48,932 bases of DNA from Bdellovibrio sp. GTDB taxonomy: Bacteria; Bdellovibrionota; UBA1018. Under the pieces are notes generated by a model. The model was given only the letters and a program-made list of their open reading frames with translations, had not been told where the DNA came from and searched no databases. Made by a program: the position numbers and the translations under genes. Positions 31,725 to 42,724 of this stretch are shown piece by piece. How positions within the stretch are numbered: the stretch's first letter is position 1; each line of letters opens with the position of its first letter. Where the stretch lies: the NCBI GenBank assembly GCA_016185105.1, contig JACPOE010000010.1, forward strand, positions 2,370 through 51,301, given 5' to 3'.

Positions 31725-33281
31725 CTATTTACTATTATCCGAAAACAAGGACTGGGGCGGCGCCGTCCTATTTGTTGTACTCTTCATAATAAATCTCTGA
31801 ATCGAGGGTTCCAACTTTTCAAAAAACAAGTTTGGATAAATACCCATGACAAATACTGCCGCCACCAGAGGAGCCAATACCGTCCACTCCCTGAGTGAGA
31901 GATCCTTTAGCTTCTGGTTTTCTGGATTTGTAACCGGACCAAACATAACCCTCTGAAACATCCAGAGCATATAGACTGCTCCAAAAATTACTCCGGTCGT
32001 AGCCACCGCTGTCAAACCTGGGTTAACCTTCCATGCTCCTAGAAGAATCAAAAACTCTCCTACAAACCCGTTAGTTCCGGGTAATGCTACTGAAGACAGG
32101 GTGATAATCATGAAGACGATCGCAAACATGGGCATAACCTTTGAAATCCCACCAAAAGCGGAAATATCGCGAGTGTGACGACGTTCATAGATCACCCCGA
32201 CTAAAAGGAACAGCGCCCCTGTTGAGATACCGTGATTCAACATTTGGTAGTAGGACCCTGTAACGCCAATTTCGTTCAAAGAAAAAAGCCCAATGATCAC
32301 ATATCCCATGTGACTGACTGAAGAGTAGGCAACCAATTTCTTGATATCCGGTTGCACCATCGCCACCCAAGCTCCGTAGACAATAGCAATAGTGCCGAGA
32401 ATCATGAAGGTGAGTTGAAAATAGGCGACGCTTTCAGGAAAAATAGGAAATCCTATTCTCATGAACCCGTACCCGCCCATTTTCAAAAGTACGGCAGCCA
32501 GAATCACGCTCCCAGCGGTGGGAGCCTGAACGTGAGCATCAGGCAACCAGGTGTGTAATGGGAACAAAGGGACTTTGATCGCAAAGGCCAAAGCAAATGC
32601 CAAAAACAAGATGCTTTGAGCGGACCAGAAGGTCCCGCCCTCGAGTTGAAGCTTGTAAAGATCTAGAATGTTTGTTGAATAGGCGCCCATTTGGAGTTTG
32701 TGTTGATGTGCCAAGTAAAAGATCGCAACCAACATCAAAAGTGAGCCGACCAAAGTATAGAGGAAGAATTTCATCGCGGCGTAAATACGTTCCTTGCCGC
32801 CCCAAATGCCAATTAAGAGGTACATAGGAATCAGCATGGCTTCCCAAAAAACGTAGAAGAGAAAAATATCCAATGAAACAAAGGCCCCCAGCATTGCCGT
32901 TTCGAGCGCTAAGAGAAGAAAGTAGTATTCCTTAACTCTATTCTCGATGGCACTGAAAGAACCAAGAATTGCCAAAGGCATTAAGAAGGTCGTGAGCAGA
33001 ATTAGCCAAAGGCTGATGCCATCCACACCTAGTGCGTAGGATGCCCCGAGGGTCGAAATCCACGGGACAGTTTCAGTAAACTGAAAATCAGCCCCCTCTG
33101 GGCGATAATTAATATAGAGGGAGACTGAAACGCCAAAAGTGATCAAAGACCCTAAAAGGGTCCAGAGACGCATTGCAGTTTGACCTGCCGTTCCCTTTGC
33201 AGGAATAAGAAGCCCCGCAAACGCAAACAGCAAAGGTAAAAAGACAATCCAGGATAAAAAATGAGTATCAATGCCAGCCAT
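31725..33281 (-). CDS. nuoM: NADH-quinone oxidoreductase subunit M
   Basis: FWEAML, IKVPLFPLHTWLPDAH, LLKMGGYG and FVGEFL. Confidence 0.96.
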   Translation of the reverse strand: MAGIDTHFLSWIVFLPLLFAFAGLLIPAKGTAGQTAMRLWTLLGSLITFGVSVSLYINYRPEGADFQFTETVPWISTLGASYALGVDGISLWLILLTTFLMPLAILGSFSAIENRVKEYYFLLLALETAMLGAFVSLDIFLFYVFWEAMLIPMYLLIGIWGGKERIYAAMKFFLYTLVGSLLMLVAIFYLAHQHKLQMGAYSTNILDLYKLQLEGGTFWSAQSILFLAFALAFAIKVPLFPLHTWLPDAHVQAPTAGSVILAAVLLKMGGYGFMRIGFPIFPESVAYFQLTFMILGTIAIVYGAWVAMVQPDIKKLVAYSSVSHMGYVIIGLFSLNEIGVTGSYYQMLNHGISTGALFLLVGVIYERRHTRDISAFGGISKVMPMFAIVFMIITLSSVALPGTNGFVGEFLILLGAWKVNPGLTAVATTGVIFGAVYMLWMFQRVMFGPVTNPENQKLKDLSLREWTVLAPLVAAVFVMGIYPNLFFEKLEPSIQRFIMKSTTNRTAPPQSLFSDNSK

Positions 33282-35292
33282 AGATCAAAAACCCCGCTGT
33301 TCCGATTAAACCTGCTAGAAGCATGAGTGCATAGACTTGAAGAGATCCTGTCTGTATCACTCGAACTGTTTCCCCGGTCCACTGAGACACTCTGCCAAAA
33401 CCGACCACGATGCGATCGATTACAGCGACGTCAAAGCCTTTCCACAAAAGCTGAGAAAAAACCTGAATGGGACGAACGAAGACGGCTTCATAAATTTCGT
33501 CAATGTACCACTTATTTTCCAAGATCTTATGAAGCCACTGAACGTTGCGAGTCATGGCCTCAACTAAACTCAAATTCCGGTAAACTCGAAAGCTGGTCAG
33601 AATTCCGATAAGGGCCCCAAGTACACTGACCCCCATCAAGATCCACTCTAATGATTCTGAGACACCAGAAGCAGCTTCGTGTCCGCCGCCAACTACAGGC
33701 TCCAGCCAGTGTTCAATCCAACTAGCATGGGGCCAGCCCACGTACCCACCTACGATGCTGAGAACAGCAAGAATCATAAGAGGAAGGGTCATTAAAAGAG
33801 GCGACTCATGAACAGCAATCCCTTTTACCTTCTTGGCTCCGTGTCCATGTCCATGTCCGTGGTCGTGCCCGTGATCATGTCCGGGATGATCGTGGGAATG
33901 ACCAGCGTGTTCAGCCACTTCAAAGCGAGGAGCTCCCAAAAAAGTGAGAGAAAAAAGACGAGTCATATAGAAAGCAGTCATGACCGCCGTAATGGCCGCT
34001 AAAAACCAGAGCCACGGAGATCCAGACGGAGAACTAAAAGCTTTCCAGAGGATTTCATCTTTCGAAAAGAACCCCGATAAAAGAGGGACACCGCAGATCG
34101 CTGCCGTGCCGACTGCGAAGGTCCAATAAGTGCGGGGCATCTTTGATTTCAGCCCCCCCATTTTCCAAATATCTTGTTCTTCATGCATCCCATGAATGAC
34201 GCTACCCGCTCCCAAGAATAGAAGCGCTTTGAAGAAGGCGTGGGTAATCACGTGAAAAACCCCTGCAGAAAAAGCCCCCACTCCACAGCCTAAAAACATA
34301 TATCCCAGCTGAGAAACAGTTGAGTACGCCAAAACCTTTTTAATATCTCGTTGAGTAATCGCAATTGTTGCAGCAAAAAAGGCGGTAAAAGCGCCTACTG
34401 CAGCCACGACACTCATGGCAGTAGGGGAACCAGTGTAAAAAAAGTTCAACCTGGAGACCAAATAAATCCCTGAAGTCACCATTGTCGCAGCGTGAATCAA
34501 AGCAGACACCGGTGTAGGACCCGCCATCGCATCTGGTAACCAGACATAGAGCGGAATCTGAGCCGATTTCCCCATGCAGCCAACGAAAAGGAAAAGGCTA
34601 ATGGCAGTGATCACCTGAGGACTAACACCTTCAGGCAAACTTCCAGCATGTCCAAAAAGGTGTCTCAAGCTCTCAAAATCAAGAGTTCCAAAAGTGGAAT
34701 AAATCAGGAACATCCCTAAAAGAAAACCAAAGTCCCCGATTCGATTTACGACAAAAGCCTTTTTTCCCGCCTTGGCTTTTTCAATATCGGTGTACCAATA
34801 ACCGATGAGCAGATAGCTACAGAGTCCCACGCCCTCCCACCCTAAAAACAGGACGGGTAAAGAAGACCCCATCACCAGCATCAACATGGCAAAGCAAAAC
34901 AGGTTTAAATAGGCAAAAAATTTGCCCGGAGTCTCGTCATGCCCCATGTACCCAATTGAGTAGAGATGAATCAGGGTTCCCACTCCGGTAATCACGAGAG
35001 TAAATAGGGTATTCAATGCATCGATGCGAAAAGCGACATCGACATGAAATTTCCCGACGCTCATCCAGTTGAAGAGAATCTGCTCAACCGCACGGTGCTC
35101 TGGATCCTGTCCCAAGAGCTGAATAAAGATCATGAGCGAGACTACAAAAGAAGCAAAAATAGCCCCGGTGGCGATCGCCCCCGGCAAGCCAGCACCTGCT
35201 TTCTTTCGTCCAGCTGGTGCCTGACCAAAAGCGTACCAGATGCCGTTAATCAGGAATCCAATCAAGGGAAAAAGTGGGATCCAAAATAGCAT
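33268..35292 (-). CDS. nuoL: NADH-quinone oxidoreductase subunit L with a His-rich loop
   Basis: GWEGVG, NRIGD, GKSAQIPL, PTPVSALIHAATMV, HAFFKA and GFFSKD. Confidence 0.96.
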   Translation of the reverse strand: MLFWIPLFPLIGFLINGIWYAFGQAPAGRKKAGAGLPGAIATGAIFASFVVSLMIFIQLLGQDPEHRAVEQILFNWMSVGKFHVDVAFRIDALNTLFTLVITGVGTLIHLYSIGYMGHDETPGKFFAYLNLFCFAMLMLVMGSSLPVLFLGWEGVGLCSYLLIGYWYTDIEKAKAGKKAFVVNRIGDFGFLLGMFLIYSTFGTLDFESLRHLFGHAGSLPEGVSPQVITAISLFLFVGCMGKSAQIPLYVWLPDAMAGPTPVSALIHAATMVTSGIYLVSRLNFFYTGSPTAMSVVAAVGAFTAFFAATIAITQRDIKKVLAYSTVSQLGYMFLGCGVGAFSAGVFHVITHAFFKALLFLGAGSVIHGMHEEQDIWKMGGLKSKMPRTYWTFAVGTAAICGVPLLSGFFSKDEILWKAFSSPSGSPWLWFLAAITAVMTAFYMTRLFSLTFLGAPRFEVAEHAGHSHDHPGHDHGHDHGHGHGHGAKKVKGIAVHESPLLMTLPLMILAVLSIVGGYVGWPHASWIEHWLEPVVGGGHEAASGVSESLEWILMGVSVLGALIGILTSFRVYRNLSLVEAMTRNVQWLHKILENKWYIDEIYEAVFVRPIQVFSQLLWKGFDVAVIDRIVVGFGRVSQWTGETVRVIQTGSLQVYALMLLAGLIGTAGFLIYGWH

Positions 35293-35295
35293 TTT

Positions 35296-35604
35296 CTACT
35301 CCCTCAAAATCTGAATTTCGTCGGTATCCACACTTCGAAGCGTTCGAAACATGGCAATTACCAAGCCCAAGCCAACCGCAGATTCAGCTGCTGCCACGGT
35401 AATGATAAAAAACACCGACATCTGCCCACCCAGATGGTTGAGCTGTTTGGAAAAAGTAACAAAGGTCAAGTTGACTGCGTTGAGCATGAGCTCAATACTC
35501 ATCAAGATGACGAGAATGTTTCGTCGAATCAAAACACCGGTAAATCCGATGAAAAAGATAATCGAACAAAACGATAAGACTACCCAAGGTTCAATCTGGT
35601 GCAT
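35296..35604 (-). CDS. nuoK: NADH-quinone oxidoreductase subunit K
   Basis: RRNILVILMSIELMLNA and VAAAESAVGL. Confidence 0.96.
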   Translation of the reverse strand: MHQIEPWVVLSFCSIIFFIGFTGVLIRRNILVILMSIELMLNAVNLTFVTFSKQLNHLGGQMSVFFIITVAAAESAVGLGLVIAMFRTLRSVDTDEIQILRE

Positions 35605-35607
35605 TCT

Positions 35608-36144
35608 CTAAACCCTCCCGCCCACAAGCTTACGCTTGGCGATGGCAACTGCTCCCACGATTGCTGCCAGCAAGAGGATCGAAGTCAGCTCGAAGGGAAG
35701 TATATATTCTGAAAACATCAGCTCGGAAATCACTTGCGTGTTTCCGCCAGCTGCCTCGATTTTCTCAAGAGTAAATTCGCCGCCTATAGAATGAAAACTG
35801 CTTTCCTTGAAAGCCCACACAAAAATCCCAAGCAATACGAGAGCCGAGAAGCCAGCAGAGACTCTCATCAAAAAGTGAGATCTTCCCAAATCAAAAGAGG
35901 GGACGTCTGCATTTAAAAGCATAATCACAAAAACAAACAAGACCATGATCGCCCCGGTATAGACAAATACCTGAAGCGCTGCGATCAAGTGCGCATCCAA
36001 AAGGGCATAGATTCCAGCAAAAGCAAAAAACACCAAGACAAGACTAAAGGCGCTCGTAACAGGATTTTTTTTCAAGATCACCATGGTAGAGCAAGCGATC
36101 GCTAGCCCAGCAAATAAATAAAAGAAGAATGGAGAGATATCCAT
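35608..36144 (-). CDS. nuoJ: NADH-quinone oxidoreductase subunit J
   Basis: KNPVTSA, QVFVYTGAIMVLFVFVIMLL and PFELTSILLL. Confidence 0.95.
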   Translation of the reverse strand: MDISPFFFYLFAGLAIACSTMVILKKNPVTSAFSLVLVFFAFAGIYALLDAHLIAALQVFVYTGAIMVLFVFVIMLLNADVPSFDLGRSHFLMRVSAGFSALVLLGIFVWAFKESSFHSIGGEFTLEKIEAAGGNTQVISELMFSEYILPFELTSILLLAAIVGAVAIAKRKLVGGRV

Positions 36145-36146
36145 GT

Positions 36147-36590
36147 CTACTTACTTCCTCTCTGCTCGACCAGAAACGCTTTGTCATAGACTTCTCTATG
36201 GGTCGTGCTCATCTCATAAATCGTACTTAACTTGATTGCATCCTTAGGACAGGCCTCTTCACACATCCCACAAAAGCAACAGCGTAGAACGTCGATCTCA
36301 AACTTCACCGGATACTTTTCCTTATCGGCTCTTTCGCCTGCCTCAATGTGGATGCACTCAGCGGGACAAACCGTGGGACAGAGCATACACGCAGTACAAT
36401 TTTCCACACCATTTGTGGCCTTAATGTAATGCATTCCCCGGAATCGTTCTGAATAGTTACGCCTCTGCTCCGGATACTGAATTGTGACTTTCGGAGCAAA
36501 AAGCATGTTCTTAATCGTAATGAAAAGCCCCTTGAGAATCTCGATTAGGTAAATCTCCTGAAGGGGGTTTTTCTTTTTTTTCACCAACAT
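36147..36590 (-). CDS. nuoI: NADH-quinone oxidoreductase subunit I
   Basis: Two [4Fe-4S] motifs CTACMLCPTVCP and CCFCGMCEEACP; TIQYPE. Confidence 0.95.
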   Translation of the reverse strand: MLVKKKKNPLQEIYLIEILKGLFITIKNMLFAPKVTIQYPEQRRNYSERFRGMHYIKATNGVENCTACMLCPTVCPAECIHIEAGERADKEKYPVKFEIDVLRCCFCGMCEEACPKDAIKLSTIYEMSTTHREVYDKAFLVEQRGSK

Positions 36591-36593
36591 AGA

Positions 36594-37709
36594 TTAGATC
36601 CACCCATAGTAAGCAAAAGTTCCGGTCAGCAAGATATTCACCATAGCGAGTGGGAACATCACCTTCCAACCTAAATCCATAAGCTGGTCATAGCGGAAGC
36701 GCGGCAAGGTCCATCGCACCCAGACGAAGAACCACATGAAAAATCCGACCTTAAGGAAAAAGGACAGAACTTCAAAACCGACCCTTGCCCATTCAGCCGA
36801 CATTCCAGCGAGACCAAATTGACTTTGAAGAAGACCCAAAAGAGGCCCAAAACCTGGCAATAACTGCCATCCACCAAAGTAGAGGGTAGTAATCAAACCC
36901 GAGGCTGTAAACATGTTCAGGTATTCTGCCATCATAAACATGGCAAACTTCATTGATCCATACTCGAGGTGATAACCAGCAACGATTTCCGATTCGCCTT
37001 CAGGTAGATCGAAGGGAAGTCGATTCGTCTCAGCAAACGCCGCCACTAGAAAAACCAAGAACCCAAGGGGTTGAATAAAAACACCCCATTTTGGAATCTG
37101 AAGCCACTCTGGCAAAAGCCATGGACCGAGGTGGGTCATGAGCTGGCCCTGTTGAGTTGCAATGTCTCCAAGCTTTAGCGTCGAAAAGACCAGGATAATA
37201 CCAATCACTGAGAGACCCATTGAAAGCTCGTAGCTAATCATTTGAGACGAGCTTCTGAGACTCCCCAAGATTGTATACTTATTATTTGATGACCATCCGG
37301 CCATGATAATTCCGTAAACACCCAGAGACGCGACAGAAAACACATAGAGCAGCCCCACATTCAGATCTGCCACCTGAAAATGCAAAACACGACCATCCAA
37401 ATTAATCGAGCTTGCAAAGGGGATTACACCGAATGTCATGAAAGCGGGCACTACAGAAACAAGTGGAGCCAACATGTAGTAGAATGGCTCAACATGTCCT
37501 GGAATCGGATCTTCCTTAAAGATAAATTTAATTGCATCGGCAATTGACTGAAAAAGTCCTAATGGACCGATTCGATTGGGGCCGAGGCGGTTTTGCATCA
37601 GAGCAGAACCTCTGCGCTCCACCCACGCCATAATCGGCACGACTTGGAGCAGAATAATAACCAAAAAAGCACTCTTTGCGGCCGTAGTTATCCAATCAAA
37701 GGTGTCCAT
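36594..37709 (-). CDS. nuoH: NADH-quinone oxidoreductase subunit H
   Basis: ERR..QNRLGPNR, QMISYE, AETNRLPFDLPEGESE and PRFRYDQLM. Confidence 0.96.
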   Translation of the reverse strand: MDTFDWITTAAKSAFLVIILLQVVPIMAWVERRGSALMQNRLGPNRIGPLGLFQSIADAIKFIFKEDPIPGHVEPFYYMLAPLVSVVPAFMTFGVIPFASSINLDGRVLHFQVADLNVGLLYVFSVASLGVYGIIMAGWSSNNKYTILGSLRSSSQMISYELSMGLSVIGIILVFSTLKLGDIATQQGQLMTHLGPWLLPEWLQIPKWGVFIQPLGFLVFLVAAFAETNRLPFDLPEGESEIVAGYHLEYGSMKFAMFMMAEYLNMFTASGLITTLYFGGWQLLPGFGPLLGLLQSQFGLAGMSAEWARVGFEVLSFFLKVGFFMWFFVWVRWTLPRFRYDQLMDLGWKVMFPLAMVNILLTGTFAYYGWI

Positions 37710-37710
37710 A

Positions 37711-39129
37711 TCAAGCGGCTCCCACGGCTTTTTGGTTTATCCACATCATTAGTACCTCAGGAAGGAGCTTGCTCTGCCCTGGAGGGGTAATCGCACGGGC
37801 CACTTTCTGTTCATGGCCAGCAAAATTCACGACCGTCCCATCCTTTTCAGCAAAGGAAGCGCCCGGAAGAATGACCGAAAAATCCTTGGCATGCTCTTTT
37901 TGAAACACACCGATTCCAATTGCACGCAACCCGTTCAAAGCAGGAACCACGGCCCTGCCTCCTCGAATCACCAGAGCAACCTCGCAACCAGCAGGTGCCT
38001 TTTCAAAAGGTTTGAAACCCAGGCTCTCCATTCCATGGAGATTGGCTGTTTTGCTTTTCCTTTTCAGAATCTTGTCTGCATCTGCGTCCGACTTAGAGTC
38101 AGACACCCCAGGGGTTCCAAAATGAAAAACCTGGGCGTTAGGCAAGTGCTTAGGGAAAAACTCCTTCAAGAGCTTCCCTTCCTCTTGGGTCAGATCAGAC
38201 CCTAGAAGTACAAGGGCTTTCTTCCCTGCCATCAATTTACGGGCTTGATCCAAGCCCGAGGCCCATTCAACTGAGTTCAAATGACCAGCTTCTACCAGGA
38301 CGGGATCCGTGATCCGACTTTCATCATTTACATAATGAAAATTGAATCTCCCTTCATCGCAAATCCAGTATTTGTTAATCGCTAGATTTTCTCTGGGTGT
38401 GCACCGTTGTATGACCCCAGCGTCGTGATGGAGATCAATATTACATCCCCTTGAGCATCCTTCACAAACTGTTGCAGTCTTGGTTAAGAACCAGACTCTC
38501 TTTTTGAATCGGAAGTCATGAAGCGTAAGTGAACCGGTAGGACAGATATCTGCGTAGTTCCCAGCATAGTCAGTTTCAAGCGCTCGACCGTCTGAAGTCG
38601 TGATCTCGGTATTATTTCCTCGCTGAACCGCCACCATTTCTCGGATCCCAGCGATCTCATCTCCGAAACGAATACACCGTGTACAATGAATGCAACGGTT
38701 CATATTTTTTTTGATCACAGGACCCATATCTAGGTCCATATAGGTGCGTCGTTCCTCCGTGTAGCGGGAGTAGGCGTCCCCAAAACCAAAGGAATTATCC
38801 TGGAGATCGCACTCTCCAGCCTTGTCGCAGATCGGACAGTCCAATGGGTGATTAATAAGGAGAAACTCCATGGTCGCTTTTTGAGCCTGTAAAACCCGAT
38901 CAGACTTAGTCTTGATAACCATTCCTTCGGTAGGTACGGTGGAACAAGCTGTCTGCAATTTCGGCATTTTCTCAATTTCTACAGCACACATTCGGCATTG
39001 AGCCACGACAGATAAGCCTGGGTGATAACAAAAGAAAGGGATTGAAATCCCGACTTCTTTGGCCACCTCAATAATATTTTTGCCGGGGGTAAATTCAACC
39101 TCCCGACCATCAATTATGCATTTGGGCAT
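37711..39129 (-). CDS. nuoG: NADH-quinone oxidoreductase subunit G (short form)
   Basis: [39 protein letters not shown] and [12 protein letters not shown]. Confidence 0.92.
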   Translation of the reverse strand: MPKCIIDGREVEFTPGKNIIEVAKEVGISIPFFCYHPGLSVVAQCRMCAVEIEKMPKLQTACSTVPTEGMVIKTKSDRVLQAQKATMEFLLINHPLDCPICDKAGECDLQDNSFGFGDAYSRYTEERRTYMDLDMGPVIKKNMNRCIHCTRCIRFGDEIAGIREMVAVQRGNNTEITTSDGRALETDYAGNYADICPTGSLTLHDFRFKKRVWFLTKTATVCEGCSRGCNIDLHHDAGVIQRCTPRENLAINKYWICDEGRFNFHYVNDESRITDPVLVEAGHLNSVEWASGLDQARKLMAGKKALVLLGSDLTQEEGKLLKEFFPKHLPNAQVFHFGTPGVSDSKSDADADKILKRKSKTANLHGMESLGFKPFEKAPAGCEVALVIRGGRAVVPALNGLRAIGIGVFQKEHAKDFSVILPGASFAEKDGTVVNFAGHEQKVARAITPPGQSKLLPEVLMMWINQKAVGAA

Positions 39130-40391
39130 TTCCCACCTCGGATATGAGCTTCAAAATCAGCTCTAAATTTTTTTACAAAACTAGTCACTGGGCCAGCCGC
39201 AGCATCCCCTAACGCACACAGAGTCTTGCCATTGATATTATCTGCCACTTCGAGAAGCAGATTCAGATCTTGTTCTCTTCCATGACCATCTTCGATCCGG
39301 TGTAAAATGTCCTCCATCCACCGACATCCTTCTCGACAAGGCGTACACTGCCCACAGGATTCGTGAGCATAAAACTTGGTAATCCTTTTCAGAAGCCGCA
39401 CAACGCAGGTACCTTCATGGACTACCATCACGCCAGCAGATCCCAACATGGTCCCAATTTTCATCATCGGTTCGATATCTACAACCACATCGATCTCATC
39501 CGCTGTCAGAACAGGAGCCGAAGATCCACCCGGAATCACGGCCTTAAGCTTTCTATCGTCTAAAATTCCGTGACAGTGATCGTAAATCAGCTGTCTCAAT
39601 GTAACTCCACCCGCTGGCAACTCGTATAGACCTGGCTTTTTAACATGGCCAGAGACACCAAAGAGACGGGTACCACCTGACTTCTCGAGCTTGCCCAACT
39701 TGGCAAACCAATCGCCCCCTTTATTAACAATGAAAGGGATGGCAGCCAAGGTCTCCACATTGTTCACGATGGTTGGCCCACCAAACGCACCGGCTTGGGC
39801 AGGGAAGGGAGGCTTCACACGGGGTTCTCCCCGCTTCCCTTCTAAGGAATTCAAGAGCCCTGTCTCTTCACCACAGATATAAGCACCAGCGCCCCGATGA
39901 ACCGTCAAATCAAAGTTAAAGCCACTTCCGAGAATATTTTTTCCAAGATAACCGTTCTCGTAGGCCTCATCAATTGCCTGTTGAAGAAGCTTTGCCTCTC
40001 GGGTGTATTCTCCCCGAATGTAGATATAGCCGACATGTGCACCAATCGCATAGGCACCAATCACCATACCCTCAATCAATAAATGAGGGGTATACCGCAT
40101 GATATCGCGGTCCTTGAAGGTTCCAGGCTCGGACTCGTCGGCGTTGCAAACTAAGTATTTTGGTTTTGCGGATTGCTTTGGGATAAAGCCCCATTTTACA
40201 CCAGTGGGAAACCCAGCCCCACCGCGGCCCCGCAGATTCGACTTTTTCACTTCGGAAATAATGTCGTCGACCGACATACCCAGCGCTTTTTTAGCAGCCG
40301 AGTACCCTGACATTTGTTTCAAATAGTAATCAAGGGGACGGGCTTTTTCATTGAAGTGTTGAATAAACAGCGTCTCATTTTGGTTTTGCAT
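39114..40391 (-). CDS. nuoF: NADH-quinone oxidoreductase subunit F
   Basis: [33 protein letters not shown] and [12 protein letters not shown]. Confidence 0.97.
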   Translation of the reverse strand: MQNQNETLFIQHFNEKARPLDYYLKQMSGYSAAKKALGMSVDDIISEVKKSNLRGRGGAGFPTGVKWGFIPKQSAKPKYLVCNADESEPGTFKDRDIMRYTPHLLIEGMVIGAYAIGAHVGYIYIRGEYTREAKLLQQAIDEAYENGYLGKNILGSGFNFDLTVHRGAGAYICGEETGLLNSLEGKRGEPRVKPPFPAQAGAFGGPTIVNNVETLAAIPFIVNKGGDWFAKLGKLEKSGGTRLFGVSGHVKKPGLYELPAGGVTLRQLIYDHCHGILDDRKLKAVIPGGSSAPVLTADEIDVVVDIEPMMKIGTMLGSAGVMVVHEGTCVVRLLKRITKFYAHESCGQCTPCREGCRWMEDILHRIEDGHGREQDLNLLLEVADNINGKTLCALGDAAAGPVTSFVKKFRADFEAHIRGGKCPNA

Positions 40392-40394
40392 TCT

Positions 40395-40868
40395 CTACTC
40401 CAACCCATCCAAAAGCTGGTCCAATTTTCCCGCACTCAGGTTTTCATGATAGTCATTGTTCAACATCATCGCTGGGGCGGTACCGCAAGCACCAAGACAC
40501 TCTTCTTCCATTAAGGTGAATTTCTGGTCTTTAGTAGTTTCGCCACACTTGATGCCGAGCTTTTTCTCACAATGCTCGACCAGCTCATCGGCACCCCTCA
40601 AACAACAAGCCACGTTAGTGCAAATTTTGAGGTGGTACTTTCCAACCGGATTCAAGTTGTACATGGTGTAAAAGGAGGCAACCTCTCGCACCTGGGCAGG
40701 ATGGATCCCGATATAATCGGCGATTTCCTGCAAAACTTCAGGCGGCAACCAAGTCATTTCATCTTGGGCCGCATGAAGAGCAGGAAGAAGAAGTGCCACC
40801 TTCGAAGGATATCGTGGCTCCAACTTCGCCATCTCACTATAAAATTTCTTTGATAGAATCTTTGCCAT
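40395..40868 (-). CDS. nuoE: NADH-quinone oxidoreductase subunit E
   Basis: VASFYTMY, CTNVAC and ECLGAC. Confidence 0.96.
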   Translation of the reverse strand: MAKILSKKFYSEMAKLEPRYPSKVALLLPALHAAQDEMTWLPPEVLQEIADYIGIHPAQVREVASFYTMYNLNPVGKYHLKICTNVACCLRGADELVEHCEKKLGIKCGETTKDQKFTLMEEECLGACGTAPAMMLNNDYHENLSAGKLDQLLDGLE

Positions 40869-40883
40869 ATCAAAAACTCTCTT

Positions 40884-42131
40884 TTACCGGTCTAACTCGC
40901 CAGCAATGATATTGATGCTACCTAACGCGGCGACCATGTCCGCTATTTTCTCACCTTGAACCATCGTAGACAGGCTCTGGTAATGCCAAAAGGAGGGGCC
41001 TCGAATTCTCATTCGATGAGAACGCGGAGACCCTTTGCTGACAATGTAGAACCCGAGTTCTCCGTTGGCAGCTTCAAACTGTGTGTAGGCTTCGCCTTCC
41101 GGAACAGAAAACCCTGTCATAAAAAACTTGAAGTGATGAATCAGGCCTTCCATTGTGTTGTAAACAACATCTTTGTCTGGAATTCGAACTCGCTTGTCTT
41201 CAGACCAGATCGGACCTTTTTTTATTTTATCTGCAATCTGACTCAAGATATTTAGGGACTGCCGAATTTCCGCAATCCGAATTAAATATCGATCGAAAAC
41301 ATCTCCGTTTTGCGAAACAGGCACATCAAATTCAACATCTTTATAGAACATGCAAGGCTGGTCACGTCTCAAATCCAAGTCAATACCTGCAGCCCTTGCA
41401 TTTGGGCCACTGTGGCTAAATTTCAAGCACTGCTCTTTATTAAAGACACCGACGCCGACGGTCCTTTTTTTCCAGATCTTGTTGCCCGTCAAAAGAGAAT
41501 CCATTTCGTCGATCACTTTTCGGGTCTTTGCGACCCAGGCCTTTAACTCACTCTCAAACCCTTCGGGCGCATCCCCCGCTAGGCCGCCGATTCTCGTGTA
41601 GGAGGTGGTTAGTCGTGCTCCAGAAAGCTTTTCAATCAAAGTATAAGCTTCTTCTCGCTGATGAAACCCATAGAGGAAAAAAGAAAAGGCACCCAAATCA
41701 ACCGCATTGATCCCAATACAGATGAGATGATCAATCACTCGAGCAAGTTCACAGCAGATCATTCGAATCCAAACGCAACGCTCGGGAACCTCGACTCCGA
41801 GCAACCGCTCCACGGACATCGAATAAACAACGTTATTAATAAGAGCCGAACAGTAATTCAGGCGGTCCGTATAAACGATAAAGTTGTGGTAAGTCCGATT
41901 TTCCCCCAATTTTTCTTTAGCTCGGTGAGTATAACCGTACTCACAATAAGATTTTTCTATGGTCTCACCATTGAGCTTTGCGACCATTCGAAGAGCGCCG
42001 TGCATCGCAGGATGAGTAGGTCCGATATTGACAATAATTCTTGAGTCGCCCCATAGATCGTCCGGATCGTGCTCAATCGAGTAACTCTCAGGCAGACCTT
42101 TGTTCAGCTTGTCAGTCGTTGAGTTTTGCAT
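40884..42131 (-). CDS. nuoD: NADH-quinone oxidoreductase subunit D
   Basis: NIGPTHPAMHG, DRLNY and C-terminal GELDR. Confidence 0.96.
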   Translation of the reverse strand: MQNSTTDKLNKGLPESYSIEHDPDDLWGDSRIIVNIGPTHPAMHGALRMVAKLNGETIEKSYCEYGYTHRAKEKLGENRTYHNFIVYTDRLNYCSALINNVVYSMSVERLLGVEVPERCVWIRMICCELARVIDHLICIGINAVDLGAFSFFLYGFHQREEAYTLIEKLSGARLTTSYTRIGGLAGDAPEGFESELKAWVAKTRKVIDEMDSLLTGNKIWKKRTVGVGVFNKEQCLKFSHSGPNARAAGIDLDLRRDQPCMFYKDVEFDVPVSQNGDVFDRYLIRIAEIRQSLNILSQIADKIKKGPIWSEDKRVRIPDKDVVYNTMEGLIHHFKFFMTGFSVPEGEAYTQFEAANGELGFYIVSKGSPRSHRMRIRGPSFWHYQSLSTMVQGEKIADMVAALGSINIIAGELDR

Positions 42132-42139
42132 ATTTCTTC

Positions 42140-42706
42140 CTAATCCAGCAGAGTCGGATCAACAGGTTCTGCATCAGCAAACACCTGGTAACCTTTTAGA
42201 GGGTAGTCTTTGCGCAAAGGATGTCCCACCCAACGAATATCCATTAAAATTCTTCGAAGGTCCGGGTGTCCTCTGAATTTAACCCCAAACATGTCATAAA
42301 CTTCCCTCTCCGCCCAGTTCGCTCCTTCCCAAACTGAAATCGCTGTTGGGACTTCATCTCCATCGGCTACTCGAACTTTCACCCGAATTCGGCAAAGCGA
42401 AGAATGAGAAAAAAGGTTGTAGACCACTTCGAATCGTGGCTCTTTCTGTTCGTCCGTGGCAGTCAAATCCGCCAAGAACCCATAATCCATTTTTGAGTCT
42501 GTTTTGAGATAATTTAGGACAGGTACAATCTCGTCCTTGCGAACATAAACAATCGGAACATCTGTTGGGTAATCGGGAGGCATTCTGACCTCCTCAATTG
42601 CCTTTCCGAATTGTGCTTTCAAGGCCTCAATCTGGGTTTTCCAAAGGTCGCCAAATTTAGGCAACCAATAACCACCATTCGTTGCAATAGGCTTTCGTAC
42701 GTCCAT
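42140..42706 (-). CDS. nuoC: NADH-quinone oxidoreductase subunit C
   Basis: ANWAEREVYDMFG, HPDLRRIL and GHPLRKDYP. Confidence 0.96.
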   Translation of the reverse strand: MDVRKPIATNGGYWLPKFGDLWKTQIEALKAQFGKAIEEVRMPPDYPTDVPIVYVRKDEIVPVLNYLKTDSKMDYGFLADLTATDEQKEPRFEVVYNLFSHSSLCRIRVKVRVADGDEVPTAISVWEGANWAEREVYDMFGVKFRGHPDLRRILMDIRWVGHPLRKDYPLKGYQVFADAEPVDPTLLD

Positions 42707-42724
42707 TTTTTTCTCTTTCAGTCC

